A stretch of 61,664 nucleotides of DNA, the filler included, from Dugesia japonica (Eukaryota): assembly GCA_001938525.1 (NCBI GenBank). It is 6 parts of 6 records of this genome, joined end to end, with 100 filler letters (N's around TTAATTAATTAA, not from the genome) between each part and the next. Parts side by side here need not be neighbours in the genome. Positions count along the whole stretch, not along the records: positions 9,662 to 21,031 come from MQRL01584820.1; positions 21,132 to 29,952 come from MQRL01639214.1; 4 more parts are not named here. One strand, given 5' to 3'. The notes under the pieces were generated by a model. That model saw only the letters and a program-made list of their open reading frames with translations, was not told the origin of the DNA and did not search any database. Made by a program: the position numbers and the translations under genes. This document shows positions 9,992 to 22,429 of the stretch, piece after piece; within the stretch, counting starts at the first letter, position 1; every line of letters starts with the position of its first letter.

Positions 9992-11183
9992 CCCCGGTCT
10001 GTAGAGAAAAAACAAAGCCAAGGGCCCAGGACGAAGTAATGATGGAGACAGGGGGGTCGAAAAGAAAGTCAATCAAAAACCACATAGTTACGACGGAAGA
10101 GTTATAAAAACTACATCGAAGCCAGAAGGAAAATAATTAAGAAAAATTATAAAATTATAAGCTAAATTATAAGGAATAAAAGATCAAAATATAAAGAACA
10201 TGGATATGAAGACCTTGAGTCAACAAATCTGGCCCACATCAATTACAATAATCAAAAGAAATTATAAAATTAGTAATAAAAGGCAAGAAAAGTATTACGG
10301 AGAAATAATTAATTATCGGNAAAATATTAATTAATTTTGAAATAAAATAAATTTAAATTAGCCGAAAATCAGTTTTCTATGAATATCTCTGCTCAGAATA
10401 ACCGCAGAAACCGTAGCAAGAAAATCTAGAAAGAAAAAGATCTGGGACAATAGGATTTGGTAACCTGAAAATCGTGGCATCATCAGGGAAGCCCCTACAA
10501 GGGTTTGGAAAATGGGCCAATGAGGGGTCAGAAAAGAAAAATAGAACAAAGGCAAGAAAGTCACATGGTGCTCCAAAATAAGCACCAATAGAGTAACAGA
10601 AAACGATGAAAAATTCTTGGAAATTCAGATCAACACCAATGAAATCACAGAAATTTGAAATAAAAATAGCCGACCAATGGAGATTATGCTGGGTTGCATT
10701 TGGAAAGCTATAAAAAGGCTTCAAATTTCAGACAAAAACTATAATAAAACATCAGTCAATTAATAAACTTGCGTACGTATACCTATTATCTAAAATTTGA
10801 TTATTATTATTTATCCCGGGTAAAGATCGGTCACTCTATTGTCGTTTATTATTACTCATTTATTATTAAAATCGTTTATTATTGATATTTCCATTTTTAA
10901 TAATAATAATATAATTAACCTGTTAACGATATAACAGCATGGCCAGATCGGTTCATTAGTATTATCATCAGTAATCCTCCTATACTCAGCAGGTTACCGG
11001 GTTGCACATAAATGATATACACCTCCCAATTAAAATTATATAACAAGCGGTTTATTATTTTGACTTACTAATTATTATGCAAACACCGGCTGTTCACGCA
11101 TTGTATCTTTTTGCCGATATTGCTTCTCACGCTGAGTAATCCTGAAATTAGGTAGGCTTTAATCTATACCTTAATTCTAGAAT

Positions 11184-12485
11184 ATGTCAACCAAGTTACG
11201 AGATACCCTCAAACTGATTCGGAGGAAACGTAGAACAGCCTATTTAAGACAATTAGTGGCTCACATCTTATTTCGTGGTAAGGTTGAACATCCGGACAAA
11301 ACAGACTTACAATGTTTCGCCGAGTTGTTTCCGTAAAGTTTGACGTGGATCTGGATAAAGAAACCGAACCAACTTAATTAAAAACATCTGATTTACGTGT
11401 TTATTTAAATAAAAAGTTAAAGGCTTCTGCGTGTTCATGTTGATAAGGGTCACATTAAACAAATACTTCTTTTTCTTAATGATATTTTATATTTGATAAT
11501 ATTACATGACTGTGAGATGGACTATAAATGGGAAACCCTTTATGATCGGCGTACCGGCCGGTTGATTTTTAGAAGATATAAGAACCTCCCCATGACCGTA
11601 ACGCTGGAATGTTCACAGACTACACTAACTTGTCATAGGAAGACGCGCAGAATGAAAGAGAATGGGACGCGGCCGAGCGGCGAGCCTATTATGAATGGAC
11701 AGGGCCAGATCGGTCCTGGGAAGTACTCCACACAGTACTCCAATTCAAAAGGAGGAGTTTGATACTATCAGTGATTGGAGGGAAGGCCCATTAATGATTC
11801 CAGTATCAGCGGCTCACCTTCTACCCTTCTTGGTATTGAGCGCATCCATTGGTGACACGTTATGGGAACTGCGTAATGCAGTACGGGATGCTCATAATGA
11901 AAATGCTGATGTTGTAGGAAACACTAACTCTTGATTGTCGAAGATGGTTGGTGTCGTCAAATTTTTTGTTAATACAAATTAGGGATCGTTATTGTTTATA
12001 AATACTTCTTAGTCTGATTTTTCGCACGAGTTAATTTACATAACATTCGTTATGTGTTTTATATGAAACTCTTTTAAAACGATTTTCCACTATCTATCAA
12101 TAATTAAATAATATCTTTCCTTTCAGTGCATTCTTCACTAAATAGAATCTCTGCACTAACTAAGAAAGTACGTGAGACTAGCGAGAACCAGGAGATGACC
12201 TGGGACCTTTATCGCCCTGCCAAGCGATGGTGGGAGGCCGATACTGCTTCGGCGGAGGCAAAAGTAAAGCGATATCAGACCAAATGCGCCGCATTTCGGA
12301 AGAAGGCTGAAGCATCACATACCCAGGAGAGAGTATGAAAGGCGCAGATAGAGTCTTTCACCGAGGTCATCTAGTCCTAACAAGACCAAGAGGATAAAAT
12401 GGTCCACGATATTTTAAAACTGAAAGCAGCGATGCCCCTCGAACCTTTAATGGTCGATAAGGGTATTCAGACATCACGACGTTAA
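11184..12485 (+). pseudogene. Decayed, possibly spliced coding region with coiled-coil C-terminus, unknown family
   Basis: GC-richer blocks separated by AT-rich spacers; acceptor-like TTTCCTTTCAG at 12126; helical charged peptide SAEAKVKRYQTKCAAFRKKAEA. Confidence 0.45.
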
Positions 12486-13396
12486 TAACTGTTGGTTTCA
12501 TAAATAAATGGTGTTCTTTTCTTAACTAAATTCTTCCTTCCGATTCAATCCCTGTACGTATCTGACTTACATATTGTATTCAATGCTTCCATGTATTTTA
12601 ATCTAATCGTTCAAGTTAATCAATACAGTCATTTAANNNNNNNNNNNNNNNNNNNNNNNNNNNNNNNNNNNNNNNNNNNNNNNNNNNNNNNNNNNNNNNN
12701 NNNNNNNNNNNNNNNNNNNNNNNNNNNNNNNNNNNNNNNNATTCTAATGTTTACTGAGGGTTAACATGATTATATAGTTATAATCCATTTTATCTTACAA
12801 CTAATAGTACAGTTGATATACTTAATCCAATAAAATCAATTTATATAATTATTTATTATGTTAAAGATTCAAATTATTTCATTCATTTCAATAAATATAC
12901 ACTAGGTTCCATAAATTTCCTTGGTTTTCATTAAACTTTCACTAACCATTCAATTGAACCAATTAATAACATAAATTAATCTCCTGATTTTATGAAAGAT
13001 GATAATATGATGAACAATGACACAAATTATTCGAATAATTCAAAATTGAAAGACTTTGTTACTTTAATAATTTATTTTAATATTATTATTTAAGCGGTCA
13101 AATGTCATACAGAAAAATCACTAGACCATAGAATAATATGTGATTGAATTAAATAAACTTTTGTTTTATAGATGTTTTGATTTATAAAAAAGTAATATAA
13201 CAAAGTAGAAATCAATAAAATAAGTCATTAAATTATACTAATATTTATTCAATAAATTTTCATTCAATCTTTTGAGTTGATTTAACTTTTCATATTGGTT
13301 TTACTATTTCTTCCAATTTCTTGNNNNNNNNNNNNNNNNNNNNNNNNNNNNNNNNNNNNNNNNNNNNNNNNNNNNNNNNNNNNNNNNNNNNNNNNN

Positions 13397-13735
13397 CATC
13401 TTCAATTTTCATACGTTCATTGATTCTTACAAATAGTTCATTAAGAGTCTTTTGATCATTGTCACTGATTTCATATTTGTATAAATCATAAACTCAAGGT
13501 TTCACTTTAACAGGATCCTAAATAAAAATGTATTAATAAAGTAACTAGAAAATCAAATATTACTTGAAAAGTATAATTGATTATTCTCTTAAAGAAAACC
13601 ATCTCATGCTTGAAGTAATTTCTTGGTTTTTCACACTCGAATATAATTTTCCTTGGTAAGAGTTTCAATTATCTTCATTTTGAAATAATGCATAATGAAT
13701 AAAAGATTCACTTTATTTAGGTTTAAGAACAATTG
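13397..13735 (-). pseudogene. Decayed exons of an unknown gene with a 46-nt GT-AG intron (13518-13563)
   Basis: GTAATA...TTTATTTAG intron between coding-like blocks (DPVKVKP*VYDLYKYEISDNDQKTLNELFVRINERMKIED). Confidence 0.4.
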
Positions 13736-14599
13736 TGTATTAATTAAATACATTGTTAAGTTTAAACAATTGTTTTTAGAACATTCTTATTAAAATTATN
13801 NNNNNNNNNNNNNNNNNNNNNNNNNNNNNNNNNNNNNNNNNNNNNNNNNNNNNNNNNNNNNNNNNNNNNNNNNNNNNNNNNNNNNNNNNNNNNNNNNNNN
13901 NNNNNNNNNNNNNNNNNNNNNNNNNNNNNNNNNNNNNNNNNNNNNNNNNNNNNNNNNNNNNNNNNNNNNNNNNNNNNNNNNNNNNNNNNNNNNNNNNNNN
14001 NNNNNNNNNNNNNNNNNNNNNNNNNNNNATATTCAATGCAATAGATCTTTGTTACTAAATTCTTTAAATTTTATCAAAATTTTATTGGTTTATTGTTTTT
14101 TAGTATTTGTTTTTCTATAACTTTTTTTGTATAAGGATTGTTGATTTATAACCTTGTTATTCTTACTTACAGTAAATTTTCCTATCGAATACTATTAATT
14201 TCGATAAATTCTGAGTTACTTTTGATATTTTCGAAAAATGTCACAAAATCTGGTAGGGCGGCTGTACATATTCGTTAAGAAGCATTTTTTACCGAGACGA
14301 TATTTTAACTTTGTACAGTCACTTTTACTTACTGAGTAAAATAATACCAAATTTGAGTCGATAGCTGTTATCTGCGCACAGAGCTTTGAGCGCTAAACTC
14401 TGAGTTTTGAGATTTTTCCCCACAAGACCTTATTTATATCATCGGGGATTAAATTTGACTAATTTAAGTTTATATATTTGGAATCAGCAAAACATTCTCT
14501 ATCAAAGAGACATTTTCTTAACCTATTTTGAGAAGATGTACACCCTAATTCCTATAAAAAGTTTAATATTTTGAATCATTTAAACAATTCGTCTACTTC

Positions 14600-15215
14600 C
14601 CATGAATTTCCGTAAAGAATTCTACCTAAACAGACCAACCCGAAGGTTTGATCAAAAATCATAGAAAATTGACCCTTGTGAGTAAATTATCAACCAAGTT
14701 TACCCATACAAAGTACATAATTGACCTTAATGATCCAAACCGAGTAAATAATTGACGAGATCTTCCAAACATTAACTATGGTAACCATTCCTGAAGAAAT
14801 ATTTTACCAAATTACCCAAATATTACCATTCCCGTGGATACTTTCAACCAAATCACCCAAAAAATTAACCAAGTTAACCAAATCTTAGGAAATTTTCAAC
14901 AAATTTTATTTAAATAACCCAAAAATCATCAATCCAGAAATAATAATGGACCTAATTTATCCGAACCAGCCAAAATTGATCAAAATAACGATTTCCGAGG
15001 AAACATTTGACCAAATCACCCAAAAATTACTTAAAACCGACTATGTTTGCCCAAACTGATCAACCCCGAGGAAATAATTGCATAAAATCATACAAAAATT
15101 AAACTTATCGAAGAATCTCCGTAGCAAATCATCCAAAAATTTGAAAATTTGAACAATTCGGTAAACTAGTCATTTAATTCGGTAAACCTTTCAAATAATT
15201 CGGTAAACTATTCAA
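14600..15215. repeat. Degenerate ~40-bp minisatellite (CCGAGGAAATATTTGACCAAATCACCCAAAAATT-like) plus three AATTCGGTAAAC
   Basis: Read directly. Confidence 0.7.
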
Positions 15216-17489
15216 AAATACGAGCAAAAGTTTCCAGAGCCTAAAGATGTCAAAGCAATACAAGAATTTCTTGGATTATGCGGATATTACAGGAAATTTA
15301 TTAAAGTTTATGCATTGATCGCAAAACCCATGCAAGATCTTGTAAAGCAAGATACAGCCTTTATATGGGCAGATGAACAACAAAAATCATTCGAATCTCT
15401 CAGAAATCCGATTACTAAAAGCACCAATTTTAGCTCATCCAAATTTTGAATAATTATTCTTACTTTCAACTGATACAAGCGGATACGCAGCAGGAGCTGT
15501 ATTAGGCCAGTATGATGATCAAGGGCGAGAACACGTTATAGCGTATTTCAGCAAAACATTNNNNNNNNNNNNNNAAAAATTACAGTACAACAGAAAAAGA
15601 AGCTCTCGCGATAGTAAAAGCAATTAAACATTTTAGACATCTACTTCTCGGACATGAAGTCATTATATTCTCAGATCATCAACTATGATTGGTCAGAAAC
15701 CATTACGAACTCTCAGACTTGCAAAATGGGCAATGAGTTTACAAGAATACATGTTGAAAATAAAATTCAGGCGCGGCAAAGCAAATTCTAATGAAGATTG
15801 TCGATCACGGGAAATATTTCCAGAACTTGTAAACAAACAAACGGAAGATATCTGTTTCTAATTATCAGAAGACATAGATAACAATTCAAGGAGGATCAAA
15901 AGAAAGACTCGGAAGTAAAAATTATTCAGGAATATCTAATGGCAACGCAAAGTGATGCACTAAAATGCAACACAGAAATGAGAGAACACTTACTGAAAAA
16001 TGGATGTCGTTACACAATAGAAAAAGGATGGTTAATGGCACAGAATNNNNNNNNNNNNNNNNNNNNNNNNNNNNNNNNNNNNNNNNNNNNNNNNNNNNNN
16101 NNNNNNNNNNNNNNNNNNNNNNNNNNNNNNNNNNNNNNNNNNNNNNNNNNNNNNNNNNNNNNNNNNNNNNNNNNNNNNNNNNNNNNNNNNNNNNNNNNNN
16201 NNNNNNNNNNNNNNNNNNNNNNNNNNNNNNNNNNNNNNNNNNNNNNAGGAAAAGCACCATTAAAACCAATGCCAATACCAACTAAACCAATGGAGATCAT
16301 GGCAATGGACGTAGTCGGACGAATTTTCGAAACTGTAGATGGAATATCATACATTCTGGTATGTATGGATTATCTGTCTAAATATCCTGAAGCATTCCCG
16401 ATTAAAATCAAAAAGCCACAACGATAGCAGAAATATTTGTAAAGGAAATTTGCAGCACCAAAGAAGATCCTAAATGATGAAGGCAGAAATTCTATGAACG
16501 ACATTTTTACAGAAGTCACTAGATACTTCCAAATATTGAAGTTAAGAACATCACCGTACCATCCACAGACAGACGGACTAGTAGAAAGGTTTGACAGAAC
16601 CTTAATTAATATGATATTTTGTTATGTTGATAGAAAAAAAAGACTGGCATCAATTTATACATTTAGTACTATTTGCATATCGATCACAAGTACAACCAGC
16701 CACTAATTATACTCCATTTTTTTCATGTATGTCAGAGAATGTAATTTACCAATAGATTTGGAATACCAACCTCCAATATTACAATATATGGAACAGGAAG
16801 AAGAATTGCAAGAGATCTGGAATAAAGCACGATTAAATATCAAATATTATTGAGAAAGTGTCAAAGATTATCATGACAAGAAAGGAGATAGAGTATTGGT
16901 TAATACTCTAGAAATAGAAATCGGAACGATAGCAAAGTTAAAGAGACTAGGCAAAGGGCCTTACGAAGTATTAGAGTCACAGAAACGAATGTAAAATTCA
17001 GATTAGCTGGTAAAATACTTCAGAAACCACTATGGATTCATGTGAATAAATGTAAAAAGGCAGCTTTAACTAAAGTGACAGATGAACAAATCATCACGGA
17101 AACCCAAGAAACAGAAGTACAAGAATTGGAGGGAACAGAACCAACTCAAGAAGTATCGAGTGACTCGGAGGATTAACAAAAATTGCCATACAAAGGATTA
17201 AAACGTGGACGAAAACCACTAGAAATACGAATTCAACCACCAGCAGAAGTTAAAGATGATCATGTCAGATCTCAGCCAGAACAAATTTGTATGTTGCAAG
17301 TCAGCAAAAAATCAAAAACTAACTCTTGTAAAAAATGAGGTGTCACACAAAGAAACACAATACCAATAGATCAAATAACAGCACGATTTGACTGTTACCA
17401 ATATAATATTGTTTTTCAAAATGAATTAATGGTATCAGAGGCCAGAATAGCCCTGAAATTGAGACAATTGTTCCGTACACAGGATAAAA

Positions 17490-17957
17490 ACAGACACCAA
17501 TGCAAAGACAGTAAATGTTTTAGATACGGACTTCTTAGCAAAATAAGCTATAGGAAGATCATATCCAGATGAAGAAGATGGATGATATACCAGCCCACCA
17601 TTTTATTTATTTAAAGAAGGTTATCTCGCGTCTTTAAGAATTTACCCTAATTGAGATGGGTTAGGAAGAGGAAGCCATTTAAATATTTTCTTTATAATCA
17701 GGAAATGAAAATATGACTACCAGTTAAAATGGACCATGTCGAAAAAATTTAGTATGAGAATAATCCCAGGATACGACAGATGGTTAGAAGGACATGGCGA
17801 AATATATAAAGGCAAACCAAGCGAGATCTACTATCATAAACCTACATCCGATATGAACTTAGGATCAGGATCCCAAACGTTTATATCGATTAAAAAAGTG
17901 CTATCAAACTTCGTAAAAGATGGTAGCATATTTATAGAGATAAGGAATGTTGGTTAG
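17490..17957 (+). pseudogene. TRAF-type MATH (TRAF-C) domain
   Basis: One frame: YTSPPFYLFKEGYLASLRIYPN*DGLGRGSHLNIFFIIRK*KYDYQLKW...HKPTSDMNLGSGSQTFI...FVKDGSIFIEI, colinear with TRAF2/3/5 MATH motifs (SPPFY, GYK.CLR.YLNGDG.G.GTHLS, RP..EMNIASG, YV.DD.IFI). Confidence 0.9.
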
Positions 17958-18128
17958 GAAAGTGAAGCAAATGTGTAATAATCGACTTATCGTTAAATTT
18001 TGATAACAATTATTAGGCGAATTAATAATCTTAACAAATATTAATCTATGTTCATGTCTTTTATAATTATTAATCGATTTAATAAATGATAAATAATTGC
18101 AACTGATAATAATCGTTTTATCATTTAG

Positions 18129-19075
18129 ATGCAAGAATTACCAGAAAATACAGAAGCCTTACGGAAACAGGCCAGAAAGTTAAGAGATCAACTTTACTTA
18201 GGAGAGCCAGCCAGAGACGAAGCTCTGAAGAAAATTGATTGTGGGAAAACATGTCATCAATGGGCATCAACGGTAAGACAAGCCTAGAAATGGAAGCTGG
18301 AGGCAATTACTCAAAAATTGCGAAATCAAGTATTAACGCGAATAAGCGAGGATCATAAAAATTGATTGGACGATGAAAGATCAAAGAGAAAGAGTGCTGA
18401 AGTAGCAGTCTCCTGTCTGAAGAGGAAGGTATCTGAGCTAAGATGCGAGAAACATGCTAATCGAAATATTATACGAGAAGCTCAACATTGGAAGCAGATG
18501 GATATGCTCCGGGGTTACAAGAAAAACAAAGTTGTAACTACCGATCAAAGAAAAGATCAAAAGAAGAAAAGTTAAAAGCGCTCCAGGAAAAACTAAGCCG
18601 GCTAAAATCTAATAAATATAAATTAACCTACGCAAAAATTGAAATGGTAGAGATGCAGGCCGAAATAAACGTTCAAAATAGAGTAATAATTGCGAATCAA
18701 GAGAACAAAAGGCTAGAAGAAGTTTTCACTCGTCAAATTATTCAGAGGTCCTTTTAAAACGCAAGAGAAAATTTTAACCTAAAGAAGCAACTAGAAGAAG
18801 CTAAAGAATAGAGCAGTAAACGAGAATTAGACATTCAGAAGCGCAACAAAAAGATTAAGGAGCTATCACAGAAAGAAGTAAATTTAACGAGAGGCTTTAA
18901 AGAGAAAGAAGAGAAAATACGATATCTCGAATACCTCCATGATTCATTATACCAAACAGTCAAACAACCTCCAGACAGTGAAATAACTTCTCACAAGGAT
19001 TCCGTTCAATCCAATCCATTTATCCATCAAACAACCTCCGATCAATCCAAATACTATCAAGAGACAGTTGTTTAA
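18129..19075 (+). pseudogene. Long coiled-coil accessory protein (frameshifted)
   Basis: MQELPENTEALRKQARKLRDQL...EEKLKALQEKLSRLK...LKKQLEEAKE; ATG immediately follows acceptor-like CATTTAG. Confidence 0.65.
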
Positions 19076-19718
19076 AATATTTGAATAACAAACTAATTAA
19101 AATTGTGTTGATAACTAAGTACATTAATTATTATAGATGTGCATATATTTACATGTCTCGTAACCTTATCTTGCTTAATCATAACTTACTTTATCTTGAT
19201 GCATGTCATTCTCATCTTTATTTATTATGTTATATAAAATATGTATACATTTGAATATTACCTTTTTATTTTTTATTTCTGTGTGGTTGATGACTATGAG
19301 CAAAGAACAAACAGATCCAATCCAGTCCCAAAACCGATTTCCAAATAAATAATCATGAACTGGATTCGGGGGAACGAATCTAAGCGACCTTGGGAGTAAT
19401 CTGTTGGGACAGAACCCAACTATATCCTCAAACAATAAATGATAAAATAAACTGGATAACTAATTCCAGATAATATAATTTATTATTCAACAAATAAAGT
19501 TATTATTATTAAAAATCACTATTATATCTCAACGAAAACTTCCACATTGTTAAAAATAAATAAGAAAAATCTAAATTGTCAATCATATTGAAGAAAATAA
19601 GGAAACATTAATCGGGAAAAGTAATAGATTTCAAATAATATATAAAACAAATATCAAAAATTAATTTGGTTAATCGCAATAATCCACCAATCAGGATAGG
19701 ACGATGCTTGGAAAAGGG

Positions 19719-20569
19719 TATAATAAGACCCGCAAAAATTCATAAAACACCCTTAAACTAGTTAATTAATAACTAGAAAAACATTTTGCAATCTAAAAAT
19801 TTCAAAGAAAATTTCAAAATCCATCTATTACAGTGTTTCAAATTAGATCAAATTATCTCAACAATTATAACTGAGACTTCTTGTATTTCTCGCAGTAGCA
19901 ATTATCTTGTCAATCCATAATTGTCAGAGTGATATACCAAATTTCCTCAGAAGATTAAATCAGATCCGATAGGTAATTGTCGACCAACATTTAATAGTGG
20001 AAATCAAACAACTACTGAGCATCTTTCATTCAGAAAATATAATCCTCGATCAATTATCTCGTAACAAACACTTATACTCAGATAATTTTCCAATCGAATC
20101 ATCCGACAGTTTATTCAACAACGATTAAAATTTTGACAAGCAGAGGCTCGAATTATTTCTATCAAGGAGACTAAATAAAGCAGTGTTAGAAAACTACAAC
20201 ACACTTGATTACTCTAAGTAGAAAAGGAAAAAACTTATTGTTCTTAATTTAAAGGAAAACCAGCCACTAACAAGTTGATATCTAAATTTCGCTCAAGAAA
20301 GAATCAATCATCTCGTATAGCCGAATTGTTTTCCAACCCAACACCAATCCATTCCAGGAACAGATCCGTCAAGTTCATCTCGAGCATCCATCCTATAATC
20401 AATTATCTACTTTGTCTCATAGTCATCTCGAGCACATCGTTTACGACAGTATGTAATATTTTATTTTTATTACATCATTAAATATTAATTATGTAAAGGT
20501 CTTAATCTTATATTATTTTTTTTATTTTCATGTTTAACTAATACACATAGTACGAAATTTATTATCACA
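19719..20569 (+). repeat. 3' LTR of the MATH-carrying Gypsy
   Basis: Starts TATAATAA right after the PPT, ends TTATCACA (inverted TGTGATAA-type ends). Confidence 0.65.
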
Positions 20570-20689
20570 TTAAAACTTATAACCTGTTATGCTTATTATA
20601 TCACTTACGAAGCCTTGTTGTTTATTTTATTATGATTAATATTAGGATATTTTTAGCACTAGCATTTTTAAGTTTGATTATTAGTTTTT

Positions 20690-20957
20690 TAACAATATCA
20701 TTATCATTAGTACTATTTTTTCTACTATTATTAGCCTCACGTCTATTATCATTATTAGTGTTATTATTATTACCATTATTATTATTATTCGTATGATTAT
20801 CGTCCTTTTTATTATCAGCATTATTATCGTTTTACCATTACGGTTATCATTTCTATTATTACTATTATTATTATTATTATTATAATTATTAGTAATTCCT
20901 CTTATGTCAATTATCTATTATTCATACTGATGATTATATTATTATTATTATTTTTAA

Positions 20958-20997
<40 letters not shown>

Positions 20998-21031
20998 GTT
21001 ATTATTATTATTGTTATTATTATTATTATTA
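20690..21031. repeat. (ATT)n microsatellite, degenerate on the left
   Basis: Read directly. Confidence 0.95.
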
Positions 21032-21131
21032 NNNNNNNNNNNNNNNNNNNNNNNNNNNNNNNNNNNNNNNNNNNNTTAATTAATTAANNNNNNNNNNNNN
21101 NNNNNNNNNNNNNNNNNNNNNNNNNNNNNNN

Positions 21132-22085
21132 AAATGAATCCACCGTAAAAAGAATTCTATTAAGCTACGGGATTTAAAAAATTTGGAAAAACCGCAGAAA
21201 ATCGAGTCAAGTATTCGAAGGGAAATTATTAAGCTTAATATTTCATGGATTTTTAAGTCTCCCTATGAACATAAATCTAAGGGATTAGCAGAACGCTCAA
21301 TCGGAACAGTTTGAGACCTGATAGTGACTTCAATGAGACGGACAGAAGGAAAAACTTTGGGATGAGCTTCTATCTAGAATAGAGATTGCATTCAATTGTA
21401 CAGTATCAAAGCCCACGGAATTCTCACCAATAGAAATCATTTACAAGGGGAAGATAAATATTCACACAAATAAGGAACGCGACGTTGAAAAGGATGACAT
21501 TATAAATAAAGCTTACAATAATAATAAACGAGCATCGCAGACCATGATAAAACAAGGAAACCCGCGTTAGTCAAAAATTTGAAGTAGTTCACAACGTCTT
21601 ATTACGAAAAGACCCTCAAAAACGGAAGATGAATGATTTACTGTACGAAGATGCTTATAAAATTGATGAATTTCCAATAGCTCATGTAGTTTGGTTAGAA
21701 ACTCTACAAAGTTCGGAATTTAGAAGAATCGAATGGTTAAAGAAATGCAAATTATAGAAAAAGGGAGAGCGTTGGATACTTAAAAAACTAAAGATTTGTT
21801 TAAATATTGTGTTTTAAGTGTCCTATTAAATATTTGTACATTAAATAAATTTTTTGGAATTCAAGACTTTTGATTTAATGATTTATTTAAAAATTATTTA
21901 ATGACTTCATGAGGTCCATGTTTGCTATTAATTTATAATTTATTTTAAATACTAAAAATAATCTGTATTGAGTACATCATCTGATTGACTATTATTTATC
22001 TATCGTTTGTATCGACTTTGTAATTGTATTTCAAAGTGATTACAATCAATAAAACTTAATATATTCATTCAAAGAATTCGTTACA
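21132..22085 (+). mobile_element. Gypsy integrase 3' end, PPT and ~316-bp 3' LTR (21770-22085)
   Basis: SPYEHKSKGLAERSI; PPT GAAAAAGGGAGAG at 21757-21769; LTR CGTTGG...AATAAA...GTTACA. Confidence 0.8.
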
Positions 22086-22429
22086 GATATAATTTTAACA
22101 AATATCAGAAATAAAATGATGAATTTAACGAAAGAACATAATAAATCAGTGTTTCAAAATCTGGGCGATTTATGGGCGATGACTAGTGAATGCAGAGCTA
22201 CTGGGCGATGTTATGCGATAAAAGGTTAGTTTTTATAACTTGTATGCATCATGAGAGTAGGACACCTGAGTATTAATTTGACAGCATAAAATTTATAACT
22301 TTCTGTTTGCAAAGACATTCGGTCAAAAATTGCAAGTTTTTGTATTTTCGTTCACATATTTCATTAAAAAAGAGGTCTCATTATATCTTTGCTTTTTATA
22401 ACTATTTTATTAAGCATGTAAGGAAAAAT

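Larger units (their letters stand above)
15215..20569 (+). mobile_element. Degenerate Ty3/Gypsy element with MATH and coiled-coil cargo, PPT and 3' LTR
   Basis: FLGLCGYYRKFI, TDTSGYAAGAVLGQ, AMDVVG, DYLSKYPEAFP, YHPQTDGLVERF, KGPYEV; PPT GGAAAAGGG at 19710-19718. Confidence 0.92.

Noticed and set aside
14600-15215. ~40-bp periodic array as CRISPR or repeat protein
   Set aside because: Degenerate minisatellite without unique spacers or a long open frame
17280-17480. RING/zinc finger upstream of MATH (full TRAF capture)
   Set aside because: Scattered Cys in different frames with no consistent C3HC4 spacing
17583-17708. TGA codons at conserved Gly positions of MATH as recoding
   Set aside because: The element also has TAA/TAG stops and frameshifts throughout; single GGA>TGA decay is simpler
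17953-18128. GT-AG intron fusing MATH to the coiled-coil ORF
   Set aside because: Donor at 17953 is phase 1 and joins a frame that stops after ~35 codons, not the MQELPE frame
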